Source: Octopus sinensis (lineage: Eukaryota). From it: 64,000 nt of DNA. Location of the stretch: contig NC_042997.1 of NCBI RefSeq assembly GCF_006345805.1, forward strand, positions 177,878,001 through 177,942,000, given 5' to 3'. Below, piece by piece: positions 24,760-35,205 of this stretch (position 1 is the first letter of the stretch; every line of letters begins with the position of its first letter). The notes under the pieces were generated by a model, which saw only the letters and a list, made by a program, of their open reading frames with translations, was not told where the DNA came from and searched no databases. The translations under genes were made by a program, and so were the position numbers.

Positions 24760-25200
24760 CCTTCTTTGACAAGCTTTTTGCTACTGATTAGTTTTATGCA
24801 TTTCTCAGTTGGTGATGTTTAAATTGGTTGTCCATCCACTGCTTTGTATATTTAGCCCACAGCTGATGTGATCTTCCACATTGACACTTGCCTCTAAGAT
24901 TGTGCCAAGTATGGTAATTTACTTGAAATTGTTGAATAGTCAGCACGATATACAGTCAGTGTGTTACTTGCACACAGTCTTTAGCAGGTTGGGAGAATTG
25001 CCAGCTTGTCTGGGATGTAAGCACCAGCCTTGTGTGCCATCCACAGGATCTGCAACAATGTAACATATGCTGCTACCAGGACGACATGACCCTGCCAACT
25101 TAGTACTGTTGCTCTGTAATTATCATCTCTGTTACACAGCTGTACAGAGCCACTGAGATGACCAGTGACTTCATCACTTGAATCTATCCTGTGATCTTTC
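24760..25200 (-). mobile_element. Ancient RTE (BovB-like) LINE C-terminal fossil
   Basis: Frameshifted pieces MKSLVISVALYSCVTE (cf. LLYGCETW), NLLKTVCK, ITILGTILE and GKCQCGRSHQLWAKYTKQW (cf. GKRRRGRPRKRW). Confidence 0.55.
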
Positions 25201-25229
25201 CAAACTTTGATTGGGTCGCTGATTGTTGA

Positions 25230-27320
25230 GAAATATAACTCAAACACGACAGGTGTCTACACACTACTAACCGAAGAACCCTTCAACTTTTTAATAAATT
25301 CGAATTTTCTCCCTTGTTTTTAATCATTCTAAACGTTAATAATATTTTTTTTACTATTAGTGTAATTTAAATTATAATATAATTTAAGTATGATAGTTAG
25401 CTCCCACGTAAGTACATGTGAGGGTGTGGTATTCGTTACTGCTATACTGTATTATTTAATGAGGCGTCATTACTGTTTTATAACGCACGATTGGTTTAAA
25501 TAATGAAATCTTTATTAATGTTATTTTGACACCTGTACAGATTGAATTTTTTTTTTCCTCTTTTTCACTTCAGTCAATTGGTAATTTGTTGTACATAGAA
25601 AATCTATAAATCTGTGTAAAAAGAAAAACCAAACTTTTTTCACATATGTCGTCCCTACCGAATAATGAAACGACACGAGAGAAAATGCGCGAGTTGTTAA
25701 AATATGAAATTCGTAAAATGCGCGAGTTGTTAAAATATGAAATTCGTAAAATTTGTGTTCAATGTGTGCTGTTTTCTTATATTAGGTTGCCATTTGAGAG
25801 AGTCTTGACTGCTATTTCTAGCAGGTTGACTGTGCATCATGGAAATAGATGGAGCCTCTTCATGGTCATTTAAGCTGCTACAAATAACAGCTACATCCCT
25901 GTCAAATCACATATAGCCATCTTTAAGGAAATTATATTTTAGGTGATGTAGTCGTACAGAGACATTCTTTGGAGAAATTTTTTTTATTTTTATCTTCAAA
26001 GGCCTCTTTAGCCAAAACAGGACACATTTTCTTAACTTTTCGTGAAGACGCTATGGAGAACTACGAAACTCATAATGAATTCCTTTTCCAGTACGTGGCC
26101 TGTAGCCCGATGTGCAGCTGGATAGTAGTGGTCATCGATAGTCACTACTTTATAAAGAAGCTTTTTTTTTTTAAAAGCTTCTTTATTCTAGAATTTATTG
26201 GCGAGAAAAAGTGGCAGCAAATTAAAGAATCGACGGTTCTGATTTAGGAGTTATATTTTATATCAGAACGGCAGCCATTTCTTCGTACGAGTGTTTTCAT
26301 TAACGTGTATTTTCGCATTTATCTAAAATTGTTATATTGCACGTACTTTAATATTTATTTTTATTTATTTATTAAATCGAATTAATTAACCAAGCTTTAA
26401 TAATATATATAATTTTAGTCTCCATTTCAATGATCCATCATGTTAATAATTGCTAGTAATTGGTTACGCAAGAAATACGAAACTAACAAAGTTGAGAAAT
26501 TCCATTAGTATGTCCGAAAATCCGTTCAAACGGAACTGTTTACATATCTGCAGTATTTTGGTATTGTGTTTATAACTTAAAAGCCAGTGATCCAACAAGC
26601 TTTTGAAAGTAAGACCTTTCGTGAAATTAACGTTTGTTTATTAAAAAGACACTTGCGATTATTTTAATTTGAAAAAAAAAAAAAAAGATCTCTTAGTATG
26701 TGTTTATTTTGTGAAGTATTTCCATTTAAGTGGTTTTTCTTGTTTTTAAGTTTCCAGTTAAACGCATTTGCTTTAATGATATTCCTGCTGTTGATAATTT
26801 GAACGTTGTGTTTATGCGTGTTATGAAATAGTTTTGAGAGGATTGTCTTAACCTTTTGACATCCTTTTTTTTTGTCATAAAACAACGTAAATTAATGTTT
26901 CTTGCGTTTGATTTGTATTGTAGTCAGTGGGGTAGGGTACATAGTAACATTGATTCTTTCCTAATAACACTGGTGTGAGTATTCTGATACCATTTTGCTA
27001 ACTTTGAACGGGAACCCTTAACCGTAATTCTACATGTTTGTTATACCATACTTTAATTTTTGTACTCCGTTGTTAGCTGTGTGGTTTGGAGATCATATGG
27101 CACCCGTTTTGTTACGCTACGTGTATCTTTTTCGGTTAATAACCTTTCAAGTTGAAAAATAAAACGTCATTATATCAAACTGCATGTGAATTTCTAGTTA
27201 GCTCTCCAATGTTCCAAGCATTATTACATATGTTAACACTAAAGCTTATCCATTTATGTTTGTGTTAAGACTCGATTCTATCATGAGATAAAGGTGCCAA
27301 CTTTTAGAGGCTATGATGTG
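25230..27320 (+). promoter_or_regulatory. CpG-rich island, candidate promoter / first non-coding exon of the downstream gene
   Basis: Unique DNA visibly rich in CpG between CpG-poor flanks; YY1-like GCAGCCATTT at ~26271-26280. The first coding exon is preceded by a splice acceptor, so an upstream exon must exist. Confidence 0.45.
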
Positions 27321-27322
27321 TC

Positions 27323-27744
27323 GGATCTTTTCGGTTTGAACCGCAGTTTTTTAAAAATAATTTCCACGTAACTAAACACTTTTAAACTTCGTATACTGGT
27401 AGAATGTGTTTATAAAACATCTTTTTCTCTTGGCTTTATTGAGAAAATTCTATAGTTTGTAAGATATTTGTTGTTTTTCTTCAATTTCAGCCAATCAATG
27501 ACGTCTATTGAGATGAAAACATTCTGTGCCGTATGAATATGTCCCTCGTTTAAGAAACAGATTGGGTTTATTTACATTTCTGAAGGAAAAAAGATACCCT
27601 TTCCCCCACCCCTAATCCTAACCCCAACTAACCCTAACCCTAAAACAGATTGAAATGCAATAGATCGATACTATGGTCATAATTATGGGTGACAATTTCA
27701 TATGACAACGCTAGAAAAAACTGCCGTTCAAACCGAAAAGATCC
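27323..27744. mobile_element. TIR MITE containing CCCTAA repeats (copy 2, opposite orientation)
   Basis: Same GGATCTTTTCGGTTTGAA TIRs; body is the reverse complement of 17421-17829. Confidence 0.9.
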
Positions 27745-28089
27745 CAAATAGCACAATCTTAGACATTTTGAAAGGTGAGAGGGAAGGCAAACGATGATTT
27801 CAAATTCCTCAGGTGTATGTAAGAATCATCAACATAAAATGATTTTAATAATTTGTGTGTGAATATATGTATGTATAATGTTATTGATATGTCTATCTTC
27901 CTGATCAATCCAGTTCACCTACATGAACTGATTTGGTCTGGAAGATTGCAACCAATATTTCTGGATCTTTCTCTCCTGAATTCAGTGCTTTATTGCTAAC
28001 CCAAAATTTCACTCACATGCATTCAGTTTTTATTATTATTATTATTCTCTATCCCCTTTTTTGTTCACTCTTGGTATTTGTTGCTGTCA

Positions 28090-28560
28090 TCCAGTATCCA
28101 CTACTTGTGGTAATGTGGAGACAGACTACTCTTATGTTGAGGGCCTTGTGCCTATATTAGCTATCAGCGAATTTGTGAAAAAGATCAGTTTTGAACGAAA
28201 GTGGGTGAGATTGGAGGTGTCTGTTATTCTTTTACACAAAGGTGATTGTGGTGATTGGAATTGATGTTTAAGTACTTAAGATATTGGTTAGGTTTGTGAT
28301 ATGGGGAGCATTGGGAGGTTTCTAAGTTTAAAGTTATGTCTAGAAAATTAGTGGTTTTGTGGGAATTTTCAAAAGTAGTATAGATAGATTGAGGCTAGAG
28401 AATAATTTGTGTAGATCTTTCCTAGTTCGTTCTAAAGAGGATTCATTTAAGCTCTTGGTGACTAGCAAGACATCATCTCTGTAGAGGCCTCCCATTGATA
28501 TTAGAGAAATGTATTTGGAACTGGAATTTACATCTCCACACTTTCCATTCGCAATGACAA
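28090..28560 (-). mobile_element. Penelope-like element RT fragment
   Basis: GGLYRDD...LERTRKDLHKLFSSLNLSI, then after a frameshift NFLDITLNLETSQCSPYHKPN...YLNINSNH. These are the characteristic Penelope RT thumb motifs (LYRDD, FLD, PYxKP, SNHP). Confidence 0.85.
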
Positions 28561-28780
28561 AATATGAACCCCTATTGGAATTTACATACCACAGACAGGA
28601 AGCATTTCTATCTCTTCTACACACCACTTTCCTTGGATAATGGAACTGCAACTATAACATCTTTATACATTTTTATTTTTGCATTCATTCTCCTATTTCC
28701 CTATATACTTATTTGTTTCCTTTTCCAGATTAACTCTGCATACTAAACTTTAATATTTCCCTCTATTTAACCATCTCGCA

Positions 28781-28826
28781 TTGACTCTGATGAAAGGATA
28801 TCCCTAATATCCCAGAAACAGCTGTA
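28781..28826 (+). ncRNA. Candidate minimal type I hammerhead ribozyme (degenerate, interrupted)
   Basis: CTGATGA (28787-28793), stem II ggatat/atatcc, GAAA (28815-28818), stem III AC-AGCT-GT with palindromic loop, GTA cleavage triplet. Stem I pairing and the base of stem II are imperfect. Confidence 0.5.
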
Positions 28827-28829
28827 AAC

Positions 28830-29185
28830 TGCCAGTGAGCTGGCAGAAATATTAGCACGCCAGGCGAAATGCTTAGCGGTATTAGGTCGATATAATCAAC
28901 TTAATAAGTACCAGTTACGCACTGGGGTCGATATAATTGACTTAATCCGTTTGTCTTCTGTGTTTAGCCTCTCGTGGGTAGTAAGGAAATAGGTAATTCG
29001 TCTGTCTATATGTTCAGAGTTCAAATTCCGCCGAGGTCAATTTTGCCTTTCATCCTTTCGGGGTCGATAAATTAAGTACCAGTTACGCACTGGGATGGGG
29101 GGGGGCGATGTAATCAACTTAATCCCTTTGTCTGTCCTTGTTTGTCCCCTCTATGTTTAGCCCCCTGTGGGCAATAAAGAAACAG
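28830..29185 (+). mobile_element. SINE family B, rearranged dimer
   Basis: Internally deleted unit plus a second unit starting at gtaattcgtctg; flanked by duplicated AGAAACAGCTGTAAA. Confidence 0.85.
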
Positions 29186-29394
29186 CTGTAAAAACTAACT
29201 TTCTCTTTATAAATGTCCTGAAAATTCCACACTGCCTTGGTTTTGTTGTCTCATTTAACATATACATGCTCACATAAGACATGCATTAGACTCCTCACTC
29301 ATATCATTATCGAGCCAAGAGTTTAATTACAGTCCTTCCATAGCATTTACATAGTGTTATCTGCCTCCTTGGATCTTCTGGATACTAATACCTC

Positions 29395-29566
29395 TCATAT
29401 ATATAATGGGCTTCTTTCATTTTCCGTCTACCAAATCCACACACAAGGTTTTGGTTGGCCCGAGGCTATAGTAGAAGACACTTGCCCAAGGTGCCATGCA
29501 ATGGGACTGAACCTGGAACCATGTAGTTGGTAAGGAAGCTACTTACCACACAGCCACTGCTGCGCC
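29395..29566 (-). mobile_element. SINE family A 5' half
   Basis: Reverse complement of head and central domain. Confidence 0.85.
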
Positions 29567-30175
29567 TGTTATGGTAGCATTTGGTTAACAAGTGTAACAG
29601 ATTGACTTTAAACTGATTGAAATGGAATTTGGTCACATTGAGAAACAGGTTGTAACAATAGAAAAGACACAAAAATATTTTGCTGTCTCCAAAGTGTGTT
29701 ATCAAATTGGATTTCATAATCTGGTAAATAACGTCAATAACCTTGATAAGTGAATTATTTTTTTAAAACTGATGGCAATGCATTATTTCACATCAGAGTA
29801 AATCACAGAGGATTTCATTTTTTTTTTTTTTTTGTAAACTTTGTTGGATTTGTTTGGCCCTAGGTCAGCCTATAGTTAAAACACATTCTGGTTGTTACCA
29901 TTCTATTATTTTCCCAGACATAGTAAATCATAGACTCACTATGTCTGGCAGAGAGATAAACAGCGATAAAGCTTGCCAGAAAATCCTCTATATTTTACTC
30001 TTTTGCTCTACCATCAGGTTTAATGTACTTCTGTATCAAGGTTATTCACCTGATTATGAAATTAATTTTATTGATAACACACACTTGAGACATTCAGCAA
30101 AATATTTCCATTTGGTTTTTGCTACTATTGTTAAGATAACCCCTGTTTCTCACTATGATGAAATTCCATTTTAAT

Positions 30176-30535
30176 CACTGTGGTAAGTAGCTTGCTTACC
30201 AACCACATGGTTCCGGGTTCATTCCCACTGCATGGCACCTTGGGCAAGTGTCTTCTACTATAGTCTCGGGCTGACCAAAGCCTTGTGAGTGGATTTGGTA
30301 GACAGAAAATGAAAGAAGCCCCTCGTATATATGTATGTGTTTTTGTTTGTCCCCACCAATATCGCTTGACAACTGATGCTGGTGTGTTTACATCCCCGTA
30401 ACTTAGTGGTTCGGCAAAAGAGACTGATAGAATAAGTACTAGGCTTACAAAGAATAAGTCCAGGGGTCGATTTGCTCGACTAAAGGTGGTGCTCTGGCAT
30501 GGCCACAGTCAAATGACTGAAACAAGTAAAAGAGA
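30176..30535 (+). mobile_element. SINE family A
   Basis: ctgtggtaagtagcttgcttaccaaccacatgg...aaacaagtaaaagagag. Confidence 0.9.
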
Positions 30536-30946
30536 GTTTAACTTTATTCTTTAACTCTGAAGTTAAATTTTGTGATGTCAGTAATTTGTGTTCAGAAAAT
30601 AATGTGGATGGCAATAATTGATAATGCATTATCTATGAGGTTTATGTATATACTCATTTTCAATCAAAACATCAACTAGGTAATTTGAGAGAACAATAAT
30701 AAACAAGTTGAACTAGATAAAAGCTTGATAAAATGTCACTGAACCTGCTAAAGTGCTGTGCCAAATAGATTTAGACTAAATCATTTAGCTAAATCATTAT
30801 CACTGATTACTAGTTTGGTAGCCAGCTACAAATCCAGAAGGGTTTATATCTCAAAGATTAATTACAAATGGGTTACAATTTATAGATAGAATGGTTGAAT
30901 GATTAAGAAGTTCACTGTGTAATCATGAAGTCTTGGGTTCAATTAC

Positions 30947-31445
30947 ATCATCATCGTTTAACGCCCGCTTTCCATGCTAGCATGGGTTGGACGATTTGAC
31001 TGAGGACTGGCGAACCAGATGGCTGCACCAGGCTCCAATCTTGATCTGGCAGAGTTTCTACAGTTGGATGCCCTTCCTAACGCCAACCACCCCGAAAGTG
31101 TAGTGGGTGCTTTTATATGCCACCGGCACGAGGGCCAGTCTGGCAATGCCGGGAGAAATGCTTAGCGGTATTTCGTCTGCGTTACGTTGTGAGATCAAAT
31201 TCCGCCGAGGTCGACTTTGCCTTTCATCCTTTCGGGGTCGATAAATTAAGTACCAGTTACGCACTGGGGTCGATGTAATCGACTTAATACCTATGTCTGT
31301 CTTTGTTTGTCCCCTCTGTGTTTAGTCCCTTGTGGGTAATAAAGAAATAGGCACTGGCAATGGCCACGCTCAAATGGTGGTTTTTACATGCCACCTACAC
31401 AGGAGTCAGTCCAGCACCACTGGCAACGACCTCACTCAAATGTTT
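30947..31445 (-). mobile_element. Family C RTE tail interrupted by SINE B (~31143-31350, +)
   Basis: Family C sequence stops at gggccagtc and resumes at ggcactggcaatggccacgctc after the SINE B tail. Confidence 0.85.
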
Positions 31446-31785
31446 TGTTCATGTGCCACAACTTTAGGAGTATTGCGAAAGACCTGGTTGGAAGCCCAAC
31501 TTTCCGACTTCTTTTACAAGGCTTAGGGAAACTAAGGGTTGCTGCAATAAGTGTGTGAATCTGAACAGGGAATATATTGAATAAAATCATAGTTAACTGA
31601 TCCTCATATATTTTTCTTTTACTCAAAGCCAGGAACTTTTCGGCATCCACTCATCTGTACGTCTCTTACTTATTAATAGATTGAAATAAAAATCTTCATT
31701 ATGATAAACTAACCCCACCAATAAATTATTGATGATTCAAGTTTAGTTAATGTCTTTGGATAACCAAAAATTACCAGCTTTCATT

Positions 31786-32172
31786 AGGTGCAGGCATGGC
31801 TGTGTGGTTAAGAAGCTCACTTTGCAACCATCTGGTTTCAAGTTCAGTCCCACTGCATATCATCTTGGCAAGTGTCTTCTTCTAACCCCAATGCAAACAA
31901 TACCTTGAGTGAATTTGATAGATGGAAACTGTCATGTATCTACATATATATATATCTGGGTGTCTGTTTGTCACCCTTCCTACCACCATTTGACAATCAG
32001 ATTTGGTTTGCTTATATGCCTGTAACTCAGTGCTTTGGCAAAAGAGACCAATAAAGTACCAGTCTTGAAAAGAAAAGAAAAATAGTACTATGAGGTTGAT
32101 TTATTCAACTAAAATCTTTCAAGGTCGTGCCTCAGCATGGGCACAGTCCAGCAACTCAAACTGATAAAAAAT
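31786..32172 (+). mobile_element. SINE family A variant
   Basis: aggtgcaggcatggctgtgtggttaagaag...cagcatgggcacagtc. Confidence 0.8.
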
Positions 32173-32402
32173 AATAACTTGTGTTTCTGGCTGTAGCCAT
32201 CTTAAAGAAATCTGTATCCCTTCATTTTCTTTTTTTTTTTTTCAACTAAAAACTTGTATTTTTATGAATGACCAAGTTCCACTTTTTATTCAGATTCTTG
32301 AGAATTTTTAATATTTTTTTTACTTTCAAAATTGTAGAAATGAATGTTTAAAACAAAATTTTTTTTTTTTTCTTTTCTTTTCTTCTATTTTAGAAATTTT
32401 AA

Positions 32403-32650
32403 ATGATGGCTAACAATCTGCCTGCCGGGAAGATGTACAAGAAACCAATAAAGAAAAATGTTGGTTTACGGGCATTCTTTCCTGAAATGCCCATCAGCAT
32501 GAGTAACTTGGAGAAAGCCAAAATCTGGGTAAAAAGGCATAACAACAACTATTTTATGGGATGGACTCAAGAACAGCTTCAAAGTCTTGACCCCATTGTC
32601 AGGCCACTGACCATTATTACACCAGAATTGTACAAGCGCCACATGAATAG
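32403..32650 (+). CDS. Coding exon 1 of an uncharacterised 756-aa protein (MMANNLP...KRHMNR)
   Basis: Long polypyrimidine acceptor ending TAG at 32391-32393, in-frame TAA directly before the ATG, donor AG|GTTAGT at 32650/32651 (phase 2). Encodes the first half of repeat domain 1. Confidence 0.85.
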
Positions 32651-32751
32651 GTTAGTAGTAGCCACTGATTACTTAGGGGTAATTTCAGTCTTATTAATGA
32701 TGTTTTGATTTTATATTTTCTACATGTATTCCTTGCATTTATGTCTCATGG

Positions 32752-32818
32752 TTATTATTATTATTATTATTATTATATTGTAGGATTTATTTTAAGCATA
32801 TATATATATATATATATG

Positions 32819-32864
<46 letters not shown>
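32752..32864. repeat. (TAT)n and long (TA)n microsatellites at the start of the large intron
   Basis: Read directly; source of the spurious YIYIYI ORFs. Confidence 0.95.
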
Positions 32865-32867
<3 letters not shown>

Positions 32868-33082
32868 TTTTTGTTTCGTCCTGCATTTTAACAAGAAAAA
32901 CTACAAATTGAAATTGAATGACAACTTTGGAATGTTTATTCTTTTGCTGGAATTTCAATATCGTTTTAAATTCTTTAGATTCTAATTAAATTCGTTGACA
33001 GAAAGTTTTAGGAAAAAATACGGAATGTAAAATATAGTTGAGTATATAGCCGTTAAAAATATAATCGACTCTATCATGTTTT

Positions 33083-33387
33083 AGAACTCTTATATTAAAA
33101 TATACATAAATCTTAGCATACTTCTGGTAGCAGACTTTTATGTGGTCACTTTGCCTGCTGGAAATAGCAACCAAAGTTCCTTCATGTTCTACCATCTTAG
33201 AAAGCCTGAGACACATTATGTCAGAAAAAAAGAGAACTCTTATTTTACAATATACATAAATCTTAGTATACTTCTGGTAGCAGACTTTTATGAGGTCACT
33301 TGGCCTGCTGGAAATAGCAACCAAAGTTCCTTCATGTTATGTTCTACCATCTTAGAAAGCCTGAGACACAATATGTCAGAAAAAAAA
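33083..33387. repeat. Tandem duplication of a 150-bp unit
   Basis: agaactctta...tcagaaaaaa at 33083 and again at 33233, with few differences. Confidence 0.9.
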
Positions 33388-33442
33388 CAAGGTAGTCACA
33401 GCTGGAAGATCTTGTTATATAACAAAGTTGAACCCTTAAGAT

Positions 33443-33650
33443 CATCATCATCAACACTTAATATCCATTTTCCATGCTGGCATGTGTTGGACGGCTTGGC
33501 AGAAACTGGCAAGGCCAGGGGCCATACCAGATTCCATAGTCTGTTTTGGCTTGGTTTCTGTGGCTGGATGTTCTTCCTAATGCCAACCACTTACTAGGTG
33601 CTTTTTACAGGACACCAGCATCCGCACCAATACTTTTTACGTGACACATT
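33443..33650 (-). mobile_element. Family C RTE tail (diverged)
   Basis: (CAT)n, tttccatgctggcatg, ctaatgccaaccac. Confidence 0.75.
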
Positions 33651-34669
33651 GGTTTTAGGATCTCGATTCTATTTTGGTGCGTAGGTCTTCTTAAGATGTT
33701 CATTTAGAACTTAGAAGACTTAATTAAATTTCAATACTGTATGGTATTTATGTGGTCCAACATAATACCATTTTGAGCAACAAAGAAGCCTCTACATGGT
33801 TACTCAATCTGGTAGAAATAGTAATTGAATCTCCCTCAAGTCACACCGTCATCTTAAATAAAGATGGAATATATTTAACAATGTCCTAGATACTCTTTAA
33901 AAGAGAGGAAGGTCATGATTGAAATTCCTTTGATCAAACATTTGCTGTATCAGGAATGCCCTGGGGTGAAATACCAAGCACCATTTGTGACTTGAACCAA
34001 TTCCATATCACCCTCACTTACATCTGTGTACTTTTAAGGATACATTACATAAGATTGACCAAGGTACATTAAGCTCTGGAATAGATGGAATAGTCATGAC
34101 TGATAAGCCTTTGATTATAGGTTGGCCTCTTTGAAACTGCTTCATGGTTAAGGAACAACAACTACAGCAAATCTGAATTATGTTGCTTTCAAATTAGTTT
34201 ATGTTTTTTGAAAATAAAATACAAAAAAGACAGAAAACCAGTCCTAGCAGTCCATGCTAAGAATAAGCTTTGCTTTCAGCTTTTGCCAAATTCTATCTGT
34301 TTATTAGTAGGAAATGTTATTGAAGTTTTCTTATTAGAGGGGGAAAAAGCTATTAATATTGATTTAAAATAAATTGAAACTGGTTTTGGTATTCTACTGT
34401 AACCTTATTTTTCACTTACTAGTTCATTCTCCAAATAATTTTTAGTTTTTCGTACTGCTATATAAAAACGTACCACTGAGCTGGGTTTGAACTTGGGAGA
34501 ATTTTATAGCTTTCTCAACTCAAGATTTCAGTGTGACAATCTCTGTGATGGATAGAAAAATCTGTTAAGAAAGTAAACCAATTAAAACACACAGTACAGG
34601 ACACGGAACAAAAGTTGAAAAATAAAATTAATAGTTAAAGAATTATTTAACACTAATTTGTCTCAGGCT

Positions 34670-35205
34670 TATGAGGGTGAGTCAAAAAGTATAGGACAGG
34701 TATAGTTACCAACACAGGAACATGTATCATACATCAAAATGAAGCTGGTCCTCTGTGGATCACATCCCTACTTCTCAACATAGTCACTGTTTCTCTCAAT
34801 AGCAATGTTCCACCTTTGAATGAGAGCATGTATTCCTGCCCAGTAAAATTCTGTTTACTGTTCTTTGATCCACTTCTTCACTACAGTTTACACTTCCTTG
34901 TCACTGGACTATCATCTCTTTGGCCCCATAAAAGAGGGTTTGAGAGGCAAACCTTATTCCAGTGACGCGGAAGTGAAAGCTGTAGTGAATAAGTGGCTCA
35001 AAGAACAATCAACAGAATTTTACGGGGCAGGGATAGATGCTCTCATTCAAAGGTGGAACATTGCTATTGAGAGAAATGGTGACTGTTGAAGTAGAGATGT
35101 GATCCACAGATGATCAGCTTCATTTTGATGTATGATACATGTTCCTATGTTGGTAATTATACCTGTCCTAAACAAAATGGCATTACTTTTTAACTCACTC
35201 TTGTA
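34670..35205. mobile_element. Mariner-derived foldback MITE (two inverted copies of the transposase 3' end)
   Basis: TA-flanked TIRs TGAGGGTGAGTCAAAAAGTA / TACTTTTTAACTCACTCTTG; arms 34670-34908 and 34958-35205; translation DYHLFGPIKEGLRGKPYSSDAEVKAVVNKWLKEQ...RWNIAIERNGD matches the mariner C-terminus. Confidence 0.9.

Larger units (their letters stand above)
28561..29270 (+). mobile_element. Probable Penelope 3' tail / pseudo-LTR, interrupted by SINE B
   Basis: Pyrimidine-rich tail leading to a hammerhead-like core; it resumes after a duplicated GAAACAGCTGTAAA at 29179. Confidence 0.6.

Noticed and set aside
24981-25247. 88-aa ORF with IDSSDEVT, suggesting an aspartic protease
   Set aside because: Other frames of the same DNA give better RTE LINE motifs; treated as a LINE fossil.
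25969-26247. 92-aa ORF in the CpG island (MENYETHNEF...)
   Set aside because: No recognisable homology, runs into a T-tract, and cannot join exon 1, which has an in-frame stop before its ATG.
32651-32958. C-terminal part of ORF 32403-32708 and the YIYIYI ORFs
   Set aside because: Intron read-through past the GTTAGT donor, and microsatellite translation.
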